This document shows positions 15,694-21,681 of a stretch of DNA of 21,681 bases, one piece after another (the stretch's first letter is position 1; every line of letters begins with the position of its first letter). The stretch comes from an uncultured Candidatus Bathyarchaeia archaeon (GTDB lineage: Archaea > Thermoproteota > Bathyarchaeia > Bathyarchaeales > Bathycorpusculaceae). The notes under the pieces were generated by a model. The model was given only the letters and a program-made list of their open reading frames with translations, was not told the origin of the DNA and made no database searches. The stretch is taken from NCBI GenBank assembly GCA_964450845.1, contig CAYVGZ010000018.1, positions 1 to 21,681 of the forward strand, given 5' to 3'. The position numbers and the translations under genes were made by a program.

Positions 15694-17649
15694 TTATGGG
15701 TTTAGATGTTTCTTGAAGAAATCAATTATCTTTGTATAGCAGACTACTTTGTTCTTGAATTTTATGACATCATGTCCCTCTTCTTCGAATACTAGGAATT
15801 CGGTTTCCACTCCTTTTGCTTTGAGGTCTTCAACCACATCTTTCGATTCTGCAACAATAACCCTTGGGTCATTTCTGCCTTGGATAATGAGCATTGGACA
15901 CTTGATGTTTTTTAGGTAAGTTTTCGGTGAGCGTTCTGTTAGAAATTCCTTATCCTTTTCTGGATGACCCACTGACAAGATGAAGAAGGTTTGCCATGTT
16001 TGGGGAAGCCTGTGGATAAAAGAGATTAAGTCATAAGGCCCAAACATGTCACATGCAGCCTTCCACAAGTCGGGGTGTCTAGACGCAAGGGTTAACGTCA
16101 TGAAGCCTCCATAAGAACGACCGATCACCGCCCGTTTAGATGAGTCGATTCGAGGGTCTTTTTCAAGCATTTTTAATCCTTCAATGTGGTCGAGTCTGTC
16201 TTTGCCGCCCCAATCGTGGTCTACATGTTTCATGTATTTTAGGCCGTAGCCGCTGCTGCCTCGTACGTTGGGTACGAAAACTGCGAATCCGTTTAAGGTG
16301 AGGTATTGGATTAGTGGCATTGAGAACCAGGTGAAGTCTGGTCTTTCTTGGCTTTGTGGGCCACCGTGCACGTATAGAACGAGGGGTCTGGGGCCTTTGA
16401 AGTTTAGTTCTTTGGATGGTAGGTAGAGGCGAGCTGAGATTCTTAATCCGTCGAATGATGTGTAGCTTGCGTCTTCTCCTGGTGAGAGGAATTTTTTGTC
16501 GATGCCGAGAATGTGTTCGTGGGATAGTGTTTTTGGCGTTTTTGTTTTGGTGTCTGTTGGGTAGAGGTAGATTTGTGCGGGAATGTTTGCTTTTGCATGT
16601 GAAAGAACGTATTCTACTTTTGTTTGGTTTGGTGTTTTTTGCAGTTCGAATTCGTATCCCAAAAGTGTTCCTTCTTCGAGGGGTGGTAAGCCGCAAAGTG
16701 TTCGCGTTATTTTTAGCATTTTTTTGCCTTTGTCGTCGTGGTAGTGGCATTCGTAAAGCCATGAGCATCCGTCAATGTTGTATTCGAGAAGGTAAATGTC
16801 GTCATGTACTGTTTTGAGGTCTACTAGTTCGCCTTTTCCTTTGTGTTCAATTCCTGAAATCTGTACTTCGGTTATGTTGTCTGGGTTGTTAAGGTCGAGA
16901 TAGCCGATGCTTCCTTCGTCGTTGAATAGGTTTGTTCGGGTTAGGAGGCCTTTTTCGTCGGGTGTGAAGTTGCAGGTTCCGAAACCAGACAATTTGATTT
17001 GCTGGTCTTTGGTTCTTTTGTCGATTGGGGTTCCATAGAGTAGTTGTCTTTGTGGGGTTTCTTTGTGCCAAATGTAAAGGATGGTGTCTGCGGCTGTGTA
17101 GCCATCTGCCAGAATCACGATTGTATGATTCTTGTTGACGCCATTCCATGTGTTGCCGTAAAGACTTGTGCCGAGCGAAGTGATTTCGAGTGTGGCTAAA
17201 TCGACTTTTAGGCCTTCGATGTTTGGTGTTTTTCGGTCGTCTCTGAAGAAGTAGGCAATGTTCTTCTCTGCGTCGCAGTGGATGCAGCCTAATTGTTCAT
17301 TTTTGTATTTGCCTCCAAAGATTGGTTCAGGGATTCCTCCGTCGATTGGAATGAAGCAGGGTTGATAGTTTTCGTTTCCGTTCTCGTCAATCATTACTAG
17401 AATTTTGCGAAGTTTGGGCAAGACGTAGTAGTTTTGTCCTGCCATCAAGTGTGGGTTTTGTAAGGCTAGACCTGCTGGCAGCAGTGGTTCAGGTATGCTT
17501 CCTTTCTGGTCCATGGCGTAGAGGCTTATTACGCCACTCATGTCGCTTAGAAAGTATACTTTGCCTTCAGCTAATTGTGGTGAAAGCAACAGTCTTGCAG
17601 AGAGCAAGGATTGAATCGGAAACTGAGCATTAACGTTCAGTTTGCTCAT
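15694..17649 (-). CDS. S9 family (prolyl oligopeptidase/acylaminoacyl-peptidase-like) serine peptidase
   Basis: VHGGP, NVRGSSGYG, nucleophile GRSYGG, QGRNDPRV (Asp) and EEEGH (His). AGGTGA RBS supports ATG 17649. Confidence 0.93.
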   Translation of the reverse strand: MSKLNVNAQFPIQSLLSARLLLSPQLAEGKVYFLSDMSGVISLYAMDQKGSIPEPLLPAGLALQNPHLMAGQNYYVLPKLRKILVMIDENGNENYQPCFIPIDGGIPEPIFGGKYKNEQLGCIHCDAEKNIAYFFRDDRKTPNIEGLKVDLATLEITSLGTSLYGNTWNGVNKNHTIVILADGYTAADTILYIWHKETPQRQLLYGTPIDKRTKDQQIKLSGFGTCNFTPDEKGLLTRTNLFNDEGSIGYLDLNNPDNITEVQISGIEHKGKGELVDLKTVHDDIYLLEYNIDGCSWLYECHYHDDKGKKMLKITRTLCGLPPLEEGTLLGYEFELQKTPNQTKVEYVLSHAKANIPAQIYLYPTDTKTKTPKTLSHEHILGIDKKFLSPGEDASYTSFDGLRISARLYLPSKELNFKGPRPLVLYVHGGPQSQERPDFTWFSMPLIQYLTLNGFAVFVPNVRGSSGYGLKYMKHVDHDWGGKDRLDHIEGLKMLEKDPRIDSSKRAVIGRSYGGFMTLTLASRHPDLWKAACDMFGPYDLISFIHRLPQTWQTFFILSVGHPEKDKEFLTERSPKTYLKNIKCPMLIIQGRNDPRVIVAESKDVVEDLKAKGVETEFLVFEEEGHDVIKFKNKVVCYTKIIDFFKKHLNP

Positions 17650-17894
17650 TTTTTTAATCACCTAGCGAAGAAACAAATTGGACACACACGAATATAACAG
17701 TTTAGCGGGTGTTTTCTTGTGTGCTCTGTTGCTCTCTGCGTGTCTAGACCCCCCCTTACATATAGATTGAACTTTGGCTTCTAGCATTGTTTCAAAGCAG
17801 ATGGTTTGGATTAGTCTTAGACGCTGTTTTATAGTTGATAAAGTTTATTTGTGACATTGTCTTGTTTGATTCTCGGCGTCTTAGCCTAAAGAAA

Positions 17895-18001
17895 GCCCTG
17901 GTAGTATAGTCCGGTCACAGATGTTGTTTATCAACATTGCCGGAATAGTATATGCGGCTGTCGCCCGCAGGACCCGGGTTCGAATCCCGGCCAGGGCGCC
18001 A
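17895..18001 (+). tRNA. tRNA-Asp(GTC) with a 29-nt D-loop intron (17917-17945, position 20a/20b) and encoded CCA
   Basis: Acceptor GCCCTGG/CCAGGGC-G-CCA; anticodon arm TGCGG-CTGTCGC-CCGCA; T arm CCGGG-TTCGAAT-CCCGG; BHB with central helix CCGG/CCGG and bulges TC^A and AA^T. Confidence 0.95.
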
Positions 18002-18015
18002 TAATCTTCTCCCAA

Positions 18016-18312
18016 CTAACCAGTCTTATCTGCGCTCTTCTTTTCCTTCTCTTCAATGAACCGCTTAAGCTTCTTCTCCATCTTCAACTCGTAAACATGC
18101 TCCTTAACAGGTGGAGGCAAACTCTTCTTCTTAAAAAGCAAGTTGGGAATCACAATTCGTCTTTCTCCAGCCTTCACATGCACCTTTTCGCCGCTGACAA
18201 GGTCCTCAAATGGCTCCAAGGCTTCTACAATCCAGTATCCACGGCTTTTGGTCAAGACCTTAACCATGAACTTTCCCTTATAGAACCTAACTTCATCACT
18301 CATGACGGGCAC
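18016..18312 (-). CDS. Hypothetical protein (beta-rich N-terminus, charged helical C-terminus)
   Basis: 98-aa ORF filling the gap between tRNA-Asp and nreA, with protein-like composition. No family recognised; start uncertain. Confidence 0.65.
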   Translation of the reverse strand: MPVMSDEVRFYKGKFMVKVLTKSRGYWIVEALEPFEDLVSGEKVHVKAGERRIVIPNLLFKKKSLPPPVKEHVYELKMEKKLKRFIEEKEKKSADKTG

Positions 18313-18423
18313 ATACTATTATTTCTCACCAAGAGAGCAGATATAAAATGCACGCTTTTCCCTAGCATCTGCATACACAGAAAACATAAGAGACACTTTA
18401 GACTAAGATTAAAACGATAAAGA

Positions 18424-19773
18424 TTGACGTTTTACCAAACACAAACCGACAAAAATTCTAAAGACACATGGTTACATGAAGTCCTAAAAAAAATCAGCCC
18501 AAACCAACAAGAGACTCTAACGGTCACAGCCAAAGCCTCAAAAAGCGGTTTATGCGTAGTCTGCAAAGGCTCAAGACTTCTCTGCGGCAAAACCCGCTGC
18601 CCAATACTAGTCAAAGTCAACTACTATCTGAAAAGTGTTCCACTAATGCAAAGCGAAGACATCGAAGGCGCTTCGCCTCCAAGCGTTTTTGTCGGAAGAA
18701 TCGGCTACCCACACGTTTATGCTGGACCACTCGTGCCTCCTGTTCATGAAGACACAAGCCTCTACGACCTGCCAGAATTCTGGTTTGGAAAAACAATAGA
18801 CGACATTGTCGGTTTTCGCTCCATGCTTATTCGCGGAAAACACCGCGTTCACGTGCGTAAATTTGAGGAAGCTGGAAAAATAATTGAGAAAACCCGTGAA
18901 CTAGCCCTAGCCGTTAACCCTGTAGATGTTGAATTAATGCTGAAGAAAAAGCCTAGAGGCTTCCTGCTTTTAGACGATGAAGTTCAACCATTTGGTCCTT
19001 CAGCACCAATCCGTGACCTGATTGTTAGCAATGCCCGTTGGGATCATCAAATCGAAAAAGCCTACGGCGACACAGACCTAAAAGCCACCAACGCAGTTCT
19101 GGAAATTTACAGCAAAGGCGTGCTAGTGACAAAAATCCAAAGAGCCTTCAACGTCGGTGCCTTCGGCGTAAAAAAGAACAGACGACTTGTTCCAACCCGT
19201 TGGAGCATAACAGCCGTAGACAGCATCATCTCAAAAGAACTAATGGAAAAAGTCAAAACATTCCCAGAAATAAGCGAATACCGCGTGTACGAATCGCGCT
19301 ATTTGGACAACATTTTCCAAGTCCTAATGCTTCCAAATGCATGGAGCTACGAAGCCATAGAAGCCTGGTACCCTGGCACTGTCTGGAATCCACATGGCAG
19401 AGAAATTTTCCTCTTTTCAGATTGGGAAGGCAATGATGGAAGAACCACTTATGCGGAAATAGGCGGATGCTACTATTCTGCTCGCCTAGCAGTTTGCGAA
19501 CAACTCGCAAAAGAAAGAAGACAAGCCACAGCAATAGTCTTACGGGAAGCGCATCCAGGCTACATCATGCCAGTCGGCGTGTGGCAAGTACGAGAAAACG
19601 TAAGAAACGCTATGCGACAAAAACCTTCAACTTTCAACACGTTGGATGACGCTTTAAAGTGGGTTGCAGGCAAATTCCAAATTCCACTGCAACGATGGAT
19701 AATGCGAAGCGAACTGTTGAAGAATGCGCTTTTTCAAAAGAAAATAACAGACTTTCTAGGTAAGGTGCGTTAG
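18424..19773 (+). CDS. nreA: Archaeal Nre DNA repair protein (PCNA-interacting)
   Basis: N-terminal four-Cys cluster CVVCKGSRLLCGKTRC, SPPSVFVGRIGYP, RRLVPTRWSITAVD, GGCYYSARLAV and a C-terminal PIP box QKKITDF. Confidence 0.9.
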   Translation: MTFYQTQTDKNSKDTWLHEVLKKISPNQQETLTVTAKASKSGLCVVCKGSRLLCGKTRCPILVKVNYYLKSVPLMQSEDIEGASPPSVFVGRIGYPHVYAGPLVPPVHEDTSLYDLPEFWFGKTIDDIVGFRSMLIRGKHRVHVRKFEEAGKIIEKTRELALAVNPVDVELMLKKKPRGFLLLDDEVQPFGPSAPIRDLIVSNARWDHQIEKAYGDTDLKATNAVLEIYSKGVLVTKIQRAFNVGAFGVKKNRRLVPTRWSITAVDSIISKELMEKVKTFPEISEYRVYESRYLDNIFQVLMLPNAWSYEAIEAWYPGTVWNPHGREIFLFSDWEGNDGRTTYAEIGGCYYSARLAVCEQLAKERRQATAIVLREAHPGYIMPVGVWQVRENVRNAMRQKPSTFNTLDDALKWVAGKFQIPLQRWIMRSELLKNALFQKKITDFLGKVR

Positions 19774-19971
19774 CCTAGACCTAATGGACAGAGAACAGAA
19801 ATATAGTCAAAAAGCGGTTGAAGGATGCTATATTCCATTTTTCTGACTTTATTTTGTCCTCATGCATCAAAACGTTCTTCTGTAGCGTCTTTTTCTCCAA
19901 AAAATCGCTGCTAGCTAGTTAACAACTATATTTAGACAGATTTTTGAAAAGCAAGTCAATGTTACAAGCTG

Positions 19972-20018
19972 ATAGAAAATTTTTTATAGAAATCACGCAG
20001 AATTATAGGTTTGAGGTC
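19972..20018 (+). promoter_or_regulatory. Promoter/leader of micro-gene B: BRE-like AGAAAA, TATA box TTTTATA (19982-19988), conserved element and GAGGT RBS
   Basis: 19985-20018 is 29/34 identical to minus strand 2292-2259. Confidence 0.6.
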
Positions 20019-20024
20019 ACAATC

Positions 20025-20078
20025 GTGGCTGGATCCAAAACAAAGAAGAAAAAAGGGAAGACAAAGAAAAAGAAGTGA
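20025..20078 (+). CDS. Lysine-rich micro-peptide, copy B (MAGSKTKKKKGKTKKKK, 17 aa)
   Basis: GTG start 7 nt after GAGGT, TGA stop, 10/17 Lys. Paralog of 2197-2253. Confidence 0.62.
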   Translation: MAGSKTKKKKGKTKKKK

Positions 20079-20106
20079 ATTAACAACCACTAGACCAAAC
20101 ATCCTC

Positions 20107-20113
20107 TTTTTTT
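20107..20113 (+). terminator. Putative U7-tract terminator of micro-gene B
   Basis: T7 run 28 nt after the stop, mirroring copy A. Confidence 0.45.
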
Positions 20114-20167
20114 AATATTCTTTCTCTAATCGGTAGGAATTATCGAGTCTAGCACATTTTGAAACGC

Positions 20168-20440
20168 CTAATCTTCTCCCAAAATGAGCAACAAACCGCA
20201 TAAAATGTTTAAGCCACCGATAAAGCCTAAAGCACCAATAAATATTATGTTAAGTCTTGCTGAAAGAACAGGGTCTGAGGGGGTAATCAAAATATATATT
20301 CCAAAAGCGAAAACCAGAAGACCACAAGTAATCATTAACCCACTCAATTTTGAACCTAGCCGCCTAACAATGTTGAAAACTTGATAGCGTTCTTCTTCCA
20401 CTGTATTTTTTAAGAGTTTATCCTCGCCTTCTTCGCCCAT
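20168..20440 (-). CDS. Small two-TM membrane protein, probably co-transcribed with the APC permease
   Basis: 90 aa with an acidic N-terminus and two long hydrophobic helices. Starts 6 nt after the permease stop. Confidence 0.7.
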   Translation of the reverse strand: MGEEGEDKLLKNTVEEERYQVFNIVRRLGSKLSGLMITCGLLVFAFGIYILITPSDPVLSARLNIIFIGALGFIGGLNILCGLLLILGED

Positions 20441-20446
20441 AATTTT

Positions 20447-21681
20447 TCACTCACGTTTTCTTGTGACGTTAAGTAGTCCTGCAATAAGATAAGTTATGCT
20501 GACAAGAATAGCGACGCCAAAAATCAACGAAGCAATATCTTGAGACAATGATATTGGCAGTAAATCTGACATTATTAGATATGCAAACAGCGCTGAAAAA
20601 GCGCTTATGCCAAGGTTCATTCCGCCCATGGCAAGGCAAACTCTGTAGTGTCCTACCATCTTAATGTAGTAGGCTATAAGACCGAAAATAAAAAGCTCTA
20701 AACCTATAAGTAATGTACTCGGCTCTAAGAAGAAGACAAGCAACAGCGAAGTGACTATTCCCAAAATGGGCGTTAAAGGATAAAACGGAACTTTGAAAGG
20801 TCTGTACAGATTCGGCTTGTCTCTTCGCAACTTAATCAACGAAAGATTAACAAAAACAAAACCGATTATGAAGCCAAAATCAGTGGCGTAGGTAACAAAA
20901 TTCACGATTCCAGTTGCTGCAAACGCTGCTATAAAAACTGAACCTACCAAAATTGCTATAACTGGAGTACGTAAACGTGCATGAAGGGTGAAAAAACCTT
21001 TTGGAAAATACCCATCTCTAGCTAAGGCATAGGCAACCCTTGAACTAGCCATAACGGAAGTGTTAACCGAAGACAAGGCAGCAATAATTCCAGCAACGGT
21101 AATTATTCCAACGCCAACGGGTCCCATAAACTGTTCTGCCACATAAGCCAGAGGCGATGCCTTACCAGCCAAGCTTTCAGCAGGAACGATCTTGAACACA
21201 ACAAAGGCAATTGTGGTGTAGATTAAAATTAACGCAAAACACGACAGCAGTATGGCTCGAGGAATAGTTTTGCCCGGGTCTTTAATCTCTGCCTGTGCTA
21301 CCGCTATGGCTTCTCCGCCCAAGTATACTACAAAAATAAAAGCTGATGCTCTAAGCACTCCTAAGAAACCTTCTGGCGCCTTAAGTTCTAAAGATCCAGC
21401 ATTTTGGCTGGTGAAAATGCCCAGAACGATGAATACGCCTAAAAGACCCAACAAAATCATCACCAAAGCTGTTTGGGTTAGTCCTGTCTCTTTCACGCCT
21501 TTAATGTTAACTATAGTGAATATTGCGACTGCTATTATGGCGATTAAGGGTATATTGACTGTTGGGATGACGTAGGATATTAAATATGCGAAGCCAACTG
21601 AGGAAAAAGATGCATAAAACATGTTACTTATCCACTCAAACCAGCCTGTAGCGAAAGACAAGAATCCGCCGAATGATGCTT
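20447..21681 (-). CDS. APC-family amino acid permease, 5-prime end beyond the window
   Basis: Frame is open past the track start to the edge (..ASFGGFLSFATGW). GGEAIAVAQAEIKDPGKTIPRAI, SRVAYALARDGYFP and LRRDKPNLYRPFKVPFYP motifs. Confidence 0.9.
   Translation of the reverse strand, partial: ASFGGFLSFATGWFEWISNMFYASFSSVGFAYLISYVIPTVNIPLIAIIAVAIFTIVNIKGVKETGLTQTALVMILLGLLGVFIVLGIFTSQNAGSLELKAPEGFLGVLRASAFIFVVYLGGEAIAVAQAEIKDPGKTIPRAILLSCFALILIYTTIAFVVFKIVPAESLAGKASPLAYVAEQFMGPVGVGIITVAGIIAALSSVNTSVMASSRVAYALARDGYFPKGFFTLHARLRTPVIAILVGSVFIAAFAATGIVNFVTYATDFGFIIGFVFVNLSLIKLRRDKPNLYRPFKVPFYPLTPILGIVTSLLLVFFLEPSTLLIGLELFIFGLIAYYIKMVGHYRVCLAMGGMNLGISAFSALFAYLIMSDLLPISLSQDIASLIFGVAILVSITYLIAGLLNVTRKRE

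Noticed and set aside
16181-17149. Long Arg/Lys-rich alternate-frame and antisense ORFs inside the S9 peptidase
   Set aside because: Explained by the strong A/C codon skew of the S9 coding strand, which depletes stop codons in other frames.
17662-17894. Intergenic region with a C7 run (17749-17755) between the S9 gene and tRNA-Asp
   Set aside because: No RBS-supported ORF or convincing structure was found, and the run is not in a coding or promoter position that would suggest phase variation.
1-21681. CRISPR arrays, IS elements, integrases, rRNA, C/D box sRNAs
   Set aside because: No regularly spaced repeats, transposase or recombinase motifs, rRNA-like sequence or properly spaced C/D boxes were seen by eye. 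A covariance-model search was not possible.

Overview
Archaeal chromosomal window, probably TACK and most likely Bathyarchaeia (inferred from eL33/eL14/Alba/Nre content, an intron-containing cbf5, a D-loop tRNA intron and a PEF-CTERM-like surface protein). It holds housekeeping genes (albA, rpl35ae, purA, rpl14e, cbf5, an RsmC-like methyltransferase, nreA), four peptidases (HtrA, a large secreted C1A, M20, S9), two transporters (MFS, APC) and two intron-containing tRNAs (Ser-GGA, Asp-GTC). No mobile element, CRISPR array or rRNA was seen. Main observations: (1) Two paralogous, unannotated ~100-nt transcription units lie 18 kb apart on opposite strands. Each has a shared 34-nt promoter/leader (29/34 identical), a GAGGT ribosome-binding site, a GTG start, a 17-18 aa lysine-rich micro-ORF (MPKSPTGKKKKGSKKKTK; MAGSKTKKKKGKTKKKK) and a U-tract. 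(2) The apparently broken cbf5 is intact: a 17-nt bulge-helix-bulge (BHB) mRNA intron splits the catalytic Asp codon and resembles the nearby tRNA-Ser intron. (3) A missed 45-aa four-Cys protein lies in an operon with an Sm/SH3-like protein. All structures and alignments were worked out by hand; no database search or folding program was run.
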